A stretch of DNA of 64,000 nucleotides. It comes from an uncultured Bacilli bacterium. GTDB lineage: Bacteria > Bacillota_I > Bacilli_A > RF39 > UBA660. Shown piece after piece: positions 1 through 8,792 of this stretch. Within the stretch, counting starts at the first letter, position 1. Each line of letters begins with the position of its first letter. The notes beneath the pieces were generated by a model. The model was not told the origin of the DNA, did no database searches, and saw only the letters and a program-made list of their open reading frames with translations. The stretch is from NCBI GenBank assembly GCA_947629445.1, contig CANRDU010000001.1, positions 68,642-132,641 on the forward strand, read 5' to 3'. Position numbers and translations under genes: made by a program.

Positions 1-1245
1 AGCTAAGATAATATCCACATTATCAGGAATCTCCCAGCCCGCAATGGTTCTAGGATTATCTACAATACCATTAATAAAAACTTGCATATTAGGCGTTAGT
101 TTATCAAACTCATCTAATAGTAGAACGCATCTTTCATGACTTTCACGGCATCTATTAGACATTTCCAGCAATTTCGTATACCATTCTGGTTCTGCCGTTG
201 CTGTTCTTCCTTTTTCATTGTGCTCAACAGTCCTATTTCCATCCTGAGTAATTATTTTATCGCCTGGAATAATACTGGTCTTACCAGTAAATGCATCCGG
301 AGTAAACGTCGACATATTAAATGATAAACAGTTTGGATTAATGCTTTTCGCAATTTGCGTTTTACCGATTCCCGGATGTCCAACTAGATAAGGTATTCTA
401 GTTCCCCCTATCAAAATTCTTCTTATTTTCTGTTCAAGTGTAAGTTTTTCTTTTTTATCACCAAAAGGATTTGTAAATGCTTTCTTTTTTTCTTGTTTCT
501 TTTGTGGTTGTACCCCCAATTCTTTCATAAACTCATCGCTTGCTAGAAAACTTGCTAATGCTGATTGACTATACGAACAATGGAAAGCATCCACTAAGAA
601 TAATCTATTTTCACAAATAGCAATCCCACTTTTTTTATCCACTATCCATGTAAGTGGTGCGACTTCTCCTACAAAAGTCGCTTCAGGATTAAAACTATCG
701 TCAAAAGAACCATCACTTTTTCGAGTCATAAAGACATATTCTCTCCAATTCACTTCGTCTTGAAATACTCGTAGTTGTGTTTTGGTCCCATCCTCAGCCA
801 AAAATATTGTTATTTTGCGACCACTTTCCTCTAGTTTTCCCATTTTGGAAGCCTGATTGACTAATTCTAGTGTATCCTTAGAAACGAATCTTCCATTGGT
901 TAAGCCTCTACCATATTGAATGGTAAGGGTATCTTCATCCTCAGAAATAACTTGGCTGTTATCCCTAATTTCTGCAAAATTAATAATTGGTAAAACTTCA
1001 CATTTTCCCTCCGACCATTCGATTCTATATGAGGTTAAACGGTCCACGTAAACAATACCTTTTTTGTCAAAAGAATCATAATCCTGCAAAATTATAAAAG
1101 GGAATGTTCCTAGTCCATTCGTCTTTACCCAGAACCAATTTGCTAGTATATTCATGCTAAAAACTGGTTTAGTTAAAACACTGTTTACAATTTTATGAAT
1201 ATTCTCATCCTCTAGTAATCTCTTGCTTAAAATACTAAACGCCAT
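1..1245 (-). CDS. AAA+ ATPase (MoxR/AAA_5-like) with uncharacterised N-terminal domain; 3'-truncated by window edge
   Basis: Not in the ORF track. Hand translation from ATG 1245 (SD GGAGG at 1251-1256) is open to base 1. Walker A GHPGIGKT at 358-381; Walker B VLLLDEFDK near 100-130. Confidence 0.85.
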   Translation of the reverse strand, partial: MAFSILSKRLLEDENIHKIVNSVLTKPVFSMNILANWFWVKTNGLGTFPFIILQDYDSFDKKGIVYVDRLTSYRIEWSEGKCEVLPIINFAEIRDNSQVISEDEDTLTIQYGRGLTNGRFVSKDTLELVNQASKMGKLEESGRKITIFLAEDGTKTQLRVFQDEVNWREYVFMTRKSDGSFDDSFNPEATFVGEVAPLTWIVDKKSGIAICENRLFLVDAFHCSYSQSALASFLASDEFMKELGVQPQKKQEKKKAFTNPFGDKKEKLTLEQKIRRILIGGTRIPYLVGHPGIGKTQIAKSINPNCLSFNMSTFTPDAFTGKTSIIPGDKIITQDGNRTVEHNEKGRTATAEPEWYTKLLEMSNRCRESHERCVLLLDEFDKLTPNMQVFINGIVDNPRTIAGWEIPDNVDIILA

Positions 1246-1382
1246 AATATACCTCCAATATCATAATAACATAAATTCAAAAGACTAGTTAATCTTTATA
1301 GGATAAAATCAACTATCATTTACACCTTTCTAAGCAATGCTTTCCTATTACTAATATTATTATAACTCTTTTTCTCTTCTTT

Positions 1383-2936
1383 TTATAATAATGCTTTCAG
1401 TTTTTCTCTATCGATTGCCATTAAGAATAATCCTAATTTTGGCCCCTGGTCTGAACCTAACAGCATATTATATAAAATTTGGAAATATCTTTTTTGAGCT
1501 TGTTTTAACTCTTTATCAACTAAAATACCATCTTTTACAACATCGTATAGTGCTGCTTGTAGGTCGCTTGTGGTGTTATAAGTTTGATTTAACAATTGTT
1601 TTGTGGCATTTAACCACTCTTTTTCTAAAATATTTAACGATTCATAATATTGATTATTTCTTTCTGTTAAAAGATTAACTTGATAGTCAGCGCCATAATT
1701 ATTTACCCAATTTGTTGCCAATTCTAATCTTTGTTGAAATTCTTTCGTATTAACATCAATTTCTTCCTTGCTTAATAACTCTTTTAATAAATCAATATCA
1801 AAATTAACAATGGGAAGGAAGGTAACTAAATAACTAAAATTAGGATTGTTTAAGTATTCTTCTGTTACATTTGTTAAATCTAAAATACTTCTATTTTTAT
1901 CATCAATATTACCATTAAAATATAGTTTTACCCATCTATCAAATTCACTATAATATCTAATAACATCATTATCAAGCGCTATATCAAAGGCATGCATATT
2001 ATCAAATCTTGCATAAAACCACCAGATAATATTTTTATCATATACTTTTAATAAGTCCGTAATAGTAAGAACATTTCCTGTTGAAGAGGACATTTTAGCT
2101 CCCCCACCTTTTATCCCAATAAAATTGTAAGGAATATATACTGGAGGCTCATAATGGAATATTTCTCTAGCAACTCTTTCCGATACTGCTTTACTACCAT
2201 TCGCTGCAGAATGATCTATTCCACCCGATTCAAAGGTAACTTGTTCAATCATCCACCTCATTGGCCAATCCACTTTCCATTGCAATTTTATATTAGTAGC
2301 ATTATGGATATCGAGTTTATCAGTATGACCACAAGCACAAGAATATTCGACCTCACCAGTATTAGAATCATAACTTAATATTTTAGTGGAATCTTTCCTA
2401 CACTGAGGACAGTAAATACTAATAGGATAATAATTTCTTCTTTCCTCTTCCGTAGAATCTTGGGTTCTAAAATCATCAATAATTTGAAATATTTTATCTC
2501 TATTATCCATTGCCACTTTAATATATTCATTATATCTTCCGCTTTGATATTCTTTTGCTTGGTAAATGCATTCCACTTCCACATCCATTGCTTTTAATTC
2601 ACCCAAAAACCTATTTTCCATATAGGAAGCATAAGACTCATTTTTCGTAAAAGGACTAGGTATTTCCGTATATGGCATTCCGATATATTTATCATAACTT
2701 GAATCAATATTACCAGGTACTTTCCTAAATCTATCAAACTCATCAAAAGATAAAATATATCTTACTTTTTTTCCTAATTTTTTTAATTCTTTGGCAACTA
2801 GATATGGGGTAGCAATTTCCCTAAAATTTCCAATATGGACAAATCCACTTGGACTTACGCCACTAGCGACAGTATAGACTTCTTCATTTGGTCTTTCCTC
2901 AATAATTTTTAAAGCAACTTCTTTTGCCCAATTCAT
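1383..2936 (-). CDS. lysS: Lysyl-tRNA synthetase, class I
   Basis: SGVSPSGFVHIGN (HIGH-like), WKVDWPMRW, GGIDH and KMSSS motifs of class I LysRS. Start placed at ATG 2936 (MNWAK), 9 nt after SD AAAGGA. Confidence 0.95.
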   Translation of the reverse strand: MNWAKEVALKIIEERPNEEVYTVASGVSPSGFVHIGNFREIATPYLVAKELKKLGKKVRYILSFDEFDRFRKVPGNIDSSYDKYIGMPYTEIPSPFTKNESYASYMENRFLGELKAMDVEVECIYQAKEYQSGRYNEYIKVAMDNRDKIFQIIDDFRTQDSTEEERRNYYPISIYCPQCRKDSTKILSYDSNTGEVEYSCACGHTDKLDIHNATNIKLQWKVDWPMRWMIEQVTFESGGIDHSAANGSKAVSERVAREIFHYEPPVYIPYNFIGIKGGGAKMSSSTGNVLTITDLLKVYDKNIIWWFYARFDNMHAFDIALDNDVIRYYSEFDRWVKLYFNGNIDDKNRSILDLTNVTEEYLNNPNFSYLVTFLPIVNFDIDLLKELLSKEEIDVNTKEFQQRLELATNWVNNYGADYQVNLLTERNNQYYESLNILEKEWLNATKQLLNQTYNTTSDLQAALYDVVKDGILVDKELKQAQKRYFQILYNMLLGSDQGPKLGLFLMAIDREKLKALL

Positions 2937-2952
2937 TTTTCTCATTCCTTTC

Positions 2953-2996
2953 AAATAAAAAGTGACTTAAAACACGTTGATTGTCCTAAGTCACTT
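2953..2996 (-). terminator. Intrinsic terminator/attenuator hairpin directly upstream of the lysS RBS
   Basis: AAGTGACTTA-GGACA-ATCAACG-TGTTT-TAAGTCACTT followed by TTTATTT on the minus strand. Confidence 0.8.
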
Positions 2997-3027
2997 ATCT
3001 TTTAATATAAATAAATTTCGATAAAAT

Positions 3028-3114
3028 CTATTTGGAAGATACGCTAAAACAACCAATAGTAATTATTGATTTCTTGTTCTTCTTTAAAGACTTCTTCATT
3101 TGGTTATTTAACAT
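3028..3114 (-). CDS. Putative Lys-rich leader peptide of lysS (MLNNQMKKSLKKNKKSIITIGCFSVSSK)
   Basis: SD GAGGGAG at 3121-3127, ATG 3114, six Lys codons within nine; lies between a sigmaA promoter and the terminator. Confidence 0.5.
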   Translation of the reverse strand: MLNNQMKKSLKKNKKSIITIGCFSVSSK

Positions 3115-3136
3115 AAAAATCTCCCTCTCGATTAGC

Positions 3137-3165
3137 ATTCTATCATACTTTCCTTCATTTGTCAA
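3137..3165 (-). promoter_or_regulatory. sigmaA promoter for leader-lysS
   Basis: TTGACA-17 nt-TAGAAT with extended -10 TG. Confidence 0.75.
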
Positions 3166-3389
3166 AATCAATCTTGATATCCATAGGGGCTCAAATACAT
3201 TCTTCGAAATTTCCATAATTTCTTACCACGTGTAACTTTATTTTTACTTATATTTTTTCAAGTATACTATCCATCTGATACGTTGAAGTTTTAGTTTCAA
3301 GGAAATGTACGACAATACTTTAGGCAACAGAAATCATTAGTAATAAATTATCAGCTAATATAAGTATAGCATAACAAGAATGATATCCC

Positions 3390-4703
3390 TTATGGTTCTA
3401 TTCTACTTGGACCTCTAAATAGGAACATTGTTTCTTTGAGAGATCCTGTTTCAAGAAGTAACATTGTTATTCTATCTACACCTAAAGCAAAGCCTCCATG
3501 AGGTGGGCAACCATATTTAAAGAATTCTAAATAAAATTTAACATCCTCAGATAAGCCTTTTTCTTTTGCTTGTTCACATAGGATTTCATATCTATGTTCT
3601 CGGAGTGCTAAAGTAGTTGTTTCGCAACCTTTCCAAATAAGGTCTGCTCCTTGTGGTATTCCATTTTCTCTCTTATGATAAAAGGCTCTTTTTTTAGCAC
3701 TAAAATCTGTTATAAATACAAATTCATGTCCATATTTTTCTTTAATATATTTGGATGCTAACTTTTCCGATTCTGCATTCATATCTCCAACATCTTCATA
3801 GTTCATTTTAAATCCATATTCTTTTTCCAATACATTATATAATTCTTCTAATCGAATTCTAGGAAATGGCTTTGTTGGTATAATGACATCAACATGAAAT
3901 AATTCCTTAATGTGTTCTCCGTATTTTTCTTTTACTGCCGATAAACCAGCAATAAAAAGGTTTTCTTCAAAGTCCATTAATTCTTCTAAAGATTCCATAT
4001 AACTCATCTCAATATCAAAGGATGTAAAATCAGTGGTATGTCTATAAGAATTTGAATTTTCTGCTCTAAATGCAGGGGCTACTTCAAACACGCGTTCAAA
4101 TCCACTACACATCGCCATTTGCTTATAAAATTGTGGACTTTGCGCTAAATATGCCTTTTTATCAAAATATTGTACTTCAAATACATCAGATCCCGATTCA
4201 CTTGCTGCACTAATAATTTTAGGGGTGTGGATTTCAATAAAATTATTATTTACAACAAATTCTCTCATGGCATTCATAAGACATGTCTGTACTTTAAACA
4301 TAAGAAGATTTTTTTCGCTTCTTAAATCTAAAAATCGATAGTTTAATCTAGTATCCAATAGTGCGGACTTGCTATCTTTATAGTTTAAAGGCAATTCCTC
4401 TAAACATTTACTAGTTACAACAATATTACTTGGGATTAACTCCATTCCCTTAAGTTTTACTTTTTCATTTTTTAATAATGTTCCAACAATTTTTACTGTA
4501 CTTTCACAAGTTAAATTGGAAACAATTTCATTTAGTTTACAATTATTTGTATTTTTTTCAATTGTTACTTGAACTTTACCCGTAGTATCTCTAACTACCA
4601 AAAATTGAACATATTGTAAATCCCGAATACTGTCAACAAAACCTTCAATCGTAATTTCTTGCCCAAAGTATTCACCTAAGTTTTTAAAATATACTTTTTT
4701 CAT
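3390..4703 (-). CDS. aspS: Aspartyl-tRNA synthetase, short archaeal-type
   Basis: OB-fold (IRDL), LAQSPQFYKQM, FRAE and GCPPHGGFALGVDR motifs; no GAD insertion. Start at ATG 4703 after SD AGGAGG. The upstream T-box specifies Asp. Confidence 0.9.
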   Translation of the reverse strand: MKKVYFKNLGEYFGQEITIEGFVDSIRDLQYVQFLVVRDTTGKVQVTIEKNTNNCKLNEIVSNLTCESTVKIVGTLLKNEKVKLKGMELIPSNIVVTSKCLEELPLNYKDSKSALLDTRLNYRFLDLRSEKNLLMFKVQTCLMNAMREFVVNNNFIEIHTPKIISAASESGSDVFEVQYFDKKAYLAQSPQFYKQMAMCSGFERVFEVAPAFRAENSNSYRHTTDFTSFDIEMSYMESLEELMDFEENLFIAGLSAVKEKYGEHIKELFHVDVIIPTKPFPRIRLEELYNVLEKEYGFKMNYEDVGDMNAESEKLASKYIKEKYGHEFVFITDFSAKKRAFYHKRENGIPQGADLIWKGCETTTLALREHRYEILCEQAKEKGLSEDVKFYLEFFKYGCPPHGGFALGVDRITMLLLETGSLKETMFLFRGPSRIEP

Positions 4704-4724
4704 TCTTTTCCTCCTATCAAATAT

Positions 4725-4970
4725 ATAATAAAAAACAGTTATATTATCCACAAAGGGACGAATAACTGTTATAATCCGCGGTACCACCCAATTTATTATA
4801 TATAAATAGAATTTAAATATAATCACTCTAGTAATATAACGGTTTACATCCGACTTATTCTACTATTATTTCAAATAAGTAGCTCATAGGTGTCTTTCAT
4901 TTTTAATTTATACTATCTTTCACCAAACGATAACTCTCTACAATAAATTATAAAATTACTCTTCCTAGTC
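4725..4970 (-). promoter_or_regulatory. T-box riboswitch (Asp, specifier GAC)
   Basis: Minus strand: GGAAGAGTA start, AGAGA box, GGTGAAA, specifier loop GAAA-GAC-A...GAGC (GAC at 4892-4894), T-box TGGGTGGTACCGCG (4776-4790), terminator AACAGTTAT...ATAACTGTT-TTTT (4730-4770). Confidence 0.92.
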
Positions 4971-5028
4971 ATTGCCGATGAACGAATTGTACCACAAACT
5001 TGTATTTATTGCAAGATTTCCACTTTTT

Positions 5029-5685
5029 CTATTTTGATTTATTATTGCGTTTTAATTCTTTTACTGCTATTCCTGTTTTTTCATCAAAGTTTCCAATACT
5101 TTCACTAGGTAAAGTGGTTTCTAAATCCATTTCACATAATTTCCTATAATTTTCATAAAATGCCAAATCAAAAGGACTATATCTACTACCGGAATGTGTA
5201 AAACAAACATTTAGAAAATCATATTTACGACTGGTTCTTTTTATGTTTATAATCAGCTTACCTACTATAGGATCTAATGACATAATCAATCTATTACCCG
5301 TTTCAAAAGGTTCGTTATCACTATGCCATTCCACGTATTTTCCATTACAAAGATCTTGGAAATAAGGATGTTCTACTAACTCTTCGTTATATTCCTGGTT
5401 TCGCTCATGAAGTGTTTTTAATGATTCGAAAGTTTCTTCTCTTTCATTTACTTGAAATATTTGATGATTGGATAATCTAAAATATAACTTTTGAAATAAA
5501 TCATATATAGTTCCATCTTCCTTATCTATGATAAAACATTCATCCTGACTATCAAAATTCTCCGTATTTATCAAATTCCAATATAAATCACCATTTCCTC
5601 CAAAGGAAATCGTTAAGGCTATAGGACCTTTTATCATTTTTAGTTCATAAAAACCTAAATAATCCTTCTCTCTTGTTATTTTCAT
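5029..5685 (-). CDS. Hypothetical protein (FGGNGDLYW motif)
   Basis: 218-aa ORF with SD-like GAGG upstream; no family recognised. Confidence 0.75.
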   Translation of the reverse strand: MKITREKDYLGFYELKMIKGPIALTISFGGNGDLYWNLINTENFDSQDECFIIDKEDGTIYDLFQKLYFRLSNHQIFQVNEREETFESLKTLHERNQEYNEELVEHPYFQDLCNGKYVEWHSDNEPFETGNRLIMSLDPIVGKLIINIKRTSRKYDFLNVCFTHSGSRYSPFDLAFYENYRKLCEMDLETTLPSESIGNFDEKTGIAVKELKRNNKSK

Positions 5686-5975
5686 ATTTTCTACACCTCT
5701 ATATTTTGTCTTTCATAAAGTCATTAATCCCCTAGACATTTGAGCCGTATATCAAAATTACCTAGAAAATTACCCTTTTATATCAATATTCGAAAAAATT
5801 CGAAGAAAAATGTTACTGGTATCCTAAGGAAAGCAGTATGACAAATTTTTGGTTATATAATAGTTAATAATACACGATTAACTAACCATAGTATAACACA
5901 AAATTAAAATATTACATATTTTGTTGAAAATCTCAGTTTTAATGCTATAATAAACAGCCAAGGGAGGTTTTTAAC

Positions 5976-6500
5976 GTGAAAATCATAACAGAAAACGCAG
6001 TCTATGTCCAGAAAAATGATATCGCTTATTTAACTCATACAGGTTTCTCGATTCCTGCTTCGATATTTGTAAAAGTTTTTGGAAATGGTATAGTAATAAT
6101 TGATGATAGTAATAGATATGAATTTGAAAAATTTGAAGATAACAGTGAAATTGCATTTTTTAAAGGACTTGATTGGATAGTTGATTATAATTCCGTAAAA
6201 GATTTATCTGATGATGAAATTATAAAAATGGGGTTAAGCATTACTCAAACAAGAAATCAAATTGCTCTACAATTTAATTCAATGTCCGAAGATGAACGCA
6301 AAAAAAATCTTGATATGGTCACCAAATGCGAATTACTGGATTTTAAAATGTATTCACTAAGAGATATCTTAAGGTTTAAACAAGGGCATTTGAAAATGAC
6401 TTTACCAGAAGGTGTTGATTATCCAGAGGGGTTTGTTCCAAAAGGCGAAACAGGAATACAAAAAATAATGAGAAGAATTTTTCCTAAAAGAAAACATTAA
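5976..6500 (+). CDS. Hypothetical protein
   Basis: 174-aa ORF, GTG start with SD GGGAGG, TATAAT upstream, terminator downstream. Confidence 0.8.
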   Translation: MKIITENAVYVQKNDIAYLTHTGFSIPASIFVKVFGNGIVIIDDSNRYEFEKFEDNSEIAFFKGLDWIVDYNSVKDLSDDEIIKMGLSITQTRNQIALQFNSMSEDERKKNLDMVTKCELLDFKMYSLRDILRFKQGHLKMTLPEGVDYPEGFVPKGETGIQKIMRRIFPKRKH

Positions 6501-6507
6501 AATAACT

Positions 6508-6546
6508 ACACATGCATATTGGTAACCAATATGCATGTGTGTTTTC
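6508..6546 (+). terminator. Intrinsic terminator
   Basis: Perfect 15-bp inverted repeat ACACATGCATATTGG-TAA-CCAATATGCATGTGT followed by GTTTT. Confidence 0.8.
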
Positions 6547-6688
6547 TAAATTGACAAAATAAAACTACTTTCAATTTAAAATTGATGGGTGGTTTTTTAT
6601 ATTCAACTCGTATTTTCGAGTATCAATCAAGATGGCATCCTAAGGGAGGGAGTTCAACAACTTTATAATTTTTTTATACATCTATACA

Positions 6689-8122
6689 TCATCTACTTAA
6701 AGGCTTATCTTTGGAATGTTCCATATCCATTGACAAAAGTAATGATTTTAAATTAATTGACTCATGCCAATTAAAATTATAATCATTATTATTACCATTT
6801 GAACAATCATATAACTCAATTTTTCCCTTTTCTCCTAGGAACCATCTACCATGTACAAAAGAATTCCTTATATGTTTAGCATCATAATCTGTACCGGCTA
6901 CATTTATTGTTTCATCATCAACAAGTGAATCTGCTATATATCCTAAATATAAAGAAATTGGATACATTATTCTAGAATTATAATCCCTAAATAATAGAAT
7001 AGTACTTACTGGTATAACACCATTCTCAACTTCAAATGATTCTATTAATGTATTATATCTTTGCTTGTCAAAATTGTTATATTCTTCAGAACTAGTACAA
7101 ATAGGTTCATATATCTTTCCACTAGTGATATTACTAAGTTTATTTAATATCTCATTATAACTTAAATTTGGATCCGTCATAAACCAAGCTGCAAATATTT
7201 GTTCAAACTCAAATTGATTACTGTGATACATTCCTAAAGGTATGACGTCATTTAATGCGTTTTCTATAACTATTTTTAAACCCTTAGGGTCATATTTCGT
7301 TAAATCTATATTACATAAATTAGATAATATTTCATATGCCTTATCAATTTGTTCTTTCTTTAAAGGAAAAGTTACCATTGAATAATCCAAATAACCATGA
7401 TTTTTAAAAATCTCCTGTACTTTTTTTATTATTTCTGCAGCTGTGTTAAATTGATATGGATTCTTAAAATCAAAATTATATAATTCAGTTAGTATTGTAG
7501 AATCCATCTTTTTATTACAATAAAAGCGGATGAATTTTAACTTTGAAATTTCCAATTTTGAATATGGATGATTAAAATCAAAATCATCAAAATCTATCAT
7601 AGCCATGAACATATTACGACTTTTTTTAATTAGTTCTATTTCTATGCAACCTAACTGCTCAAAATTCATTTTTACATGAAATGGTATTGGTTTTGTATTT
7701 TTTAAATCTATTTCTAAATATTTGCCATTAACGGATATATTATATAGTTGTTTATCTTTATCACTATGATTAAATGCATTTCTTATGAATTTAATTATTT
7801 GTTTTTTACTAAAGTATTTAGCATCTTCAGGATTTACAAATATGTTTTCTTTTATTAAGTCAAAATCAAGTTCGTTCTCACTGAGATAGTCTATATTCAC
7901 ATCTTCTATAAAAGAGAGCATTCTTAATTCTGTTATGAATTCATATACTCTAATAATTCTTCTAAAATAGTTATCATTAGATTCATCAATTCTATTACTT
8001 CCTATCATGTAATATTTAAAAACATCCCCTATTTTCGTATTAGGATTATTTCTAATCAGTTCACATAATATCGCATAATCTCTTAAACATTTAGCTATCT
8101 CATTTTTTTTCAAACTTATCAT
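6689..8122 (-). CDS. Protein with two RxxxxH (HEPN-like) motifs; putative ribonuclease
   Basis: IRNAFNH in the N-terminal part and IRNSFVHG in the C-terminal part; SD AGGAG upstream. Confidence 0.6.
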   Translation of the reverse strand: MISLKKNEIAKCLRDYAILCELIRNNPNTKIGDVFKYYMIGSNRIDESNDNYFRRIIRVYEFITELRMLSFIEDVNIDYLSENELDFDLIKENIFVNPEDAKYFSKKQIIKFIRNAFNHSDKDKQLYNISVNGKYLEIDLKNTKPIPFHVKMNFEQLGCIEIELIKKSRNMFMAMIDFDDFDFNHPYSKLEISKLKFIRFYCNKKMDSTILTELYNFDFKNPYQFNTAAEIIKKVQEIFKNHGYLDYSMVTFPLKKEQIDKAYEILSNLCNIDLTKYDPKGLKIVIENALNDVIPLGMYHSNQFEFEQIFAAWFMTDPNLSYNEILNKLSNITSGKIYEPICTSSEEYNNFDKQRYNTLIESFEVENGVIPVSTILLFRDYNSRIMYPISLYLGYIADSLVDDETINVAGTDYDAKHIRNSFVHGRWFLGEKGKIELYDCSNGNNNDYNFNWHESINLKSLLLSMDMEHSKDKPLSR

Positions 8123-8247
8123 ATAAAGTCTCTCCTAAAATAAACATTAACGCTAATTGGTTTTTGACAATGTGCAAGTATGTTTTCTTAATTGACAAAA
8201 TATATCGATTTAACCTATAAAAATTATATCATAAATTAGAATATTTT

Positions 8248-8291
8248 AAAACCCGAACCATAAAAGTCCGAGTTTGGTATCAATTTGGTGC
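8248..8291. repeat. 44-bp direct repeat, copy 1 (tRNA 3' end plus terminator hairpin)
   Basis: 39/44 identical to 18121-18164. Confidence 0.85.
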
Positions 8292-8370
8292 GAGAAAGGA
8301 GATTTGAACTCCCACAGCCATTAGCCACTACCACCTCAAAGTAGCGCGTCTACCATTCCGCCATCCTCGC
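8286..8370 (-). tRNA. tRNA-Leu(GAG)
   Basis: Cloverleaf with acceptor GCGAGGA/TTCTCGC, anticodon loop TT-GAG-GT, long variable arm, TTCAAAT T-loop and encoded CCA. Confidence 0.95.
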
Positions 8371-8508
8371 ATTAATAATATTATTCTATCACAATTTAAT
8401 AAAATAAAAAAGTATGTTTTGAAAAAAGAAAATAAATCTCCATCATAAAATTATCTTTATATCAAAAATCATAAAGATATGCTATAATACCAAAAAGGAG
8501 TTAAGATA

Positions 8509-8766
8509 ATGAGACGTATTTTACAAAATAGAATTTATAGGCATTTTAAAGGAGATTATTATATTGTTGCTGATTTTGCTAAACACTGTGATGACTTAAC
8601 AGACTATGTAGTGTATCGAAAATTATATGATGATGGAGCTCTTTGGATTCGCCCTTTGTCAGAATTTCAAGAAGAAGTAGATCATGCAAAATATCCTAAT
8701 GTGAAACAAAAATATAAATTTGAATTGCAAACGGTAAAAAGCGTTCGAGATCAATTTTCCAAATAA
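8509..8766 (+). CDS. DUF1653 domain protein
   Basis: YRHFKG..Y and VVYRKLY....WIRPLSEF signature; SD AGGAG. Confidence 0.85.
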   Translation: MRRILQNRIYRHFKGDYYIVADFAKHCDDLTDYVVYRKLYDDGALWIRPLSEFQEEVDHAKYPNVKQKYKFELQTVKSVRDQFSK

Positions 8767-8792
8767 AAAAAGAAATTGTTATTCAATTTCTT

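Noticed and set aside
136-324. 62-aa plus-strand ORF
   Set aside because: Antisense shadow of the AAA+ ATPase on the minus strand.
2954-3369. T-box or lysine riboswitch upstream of lysS
   Set aside because: No GGTGGnACC T-box, AG box or lysine-riboswitch core is visible.
3390-4826. Long N-terminal extensions in the ORF track (also pyrG, cvpA, rnhC, pbpB, mraZ)
   Set aside because: They run through leaders or promoters; SD-supported downstream starts give family-typical lengths.
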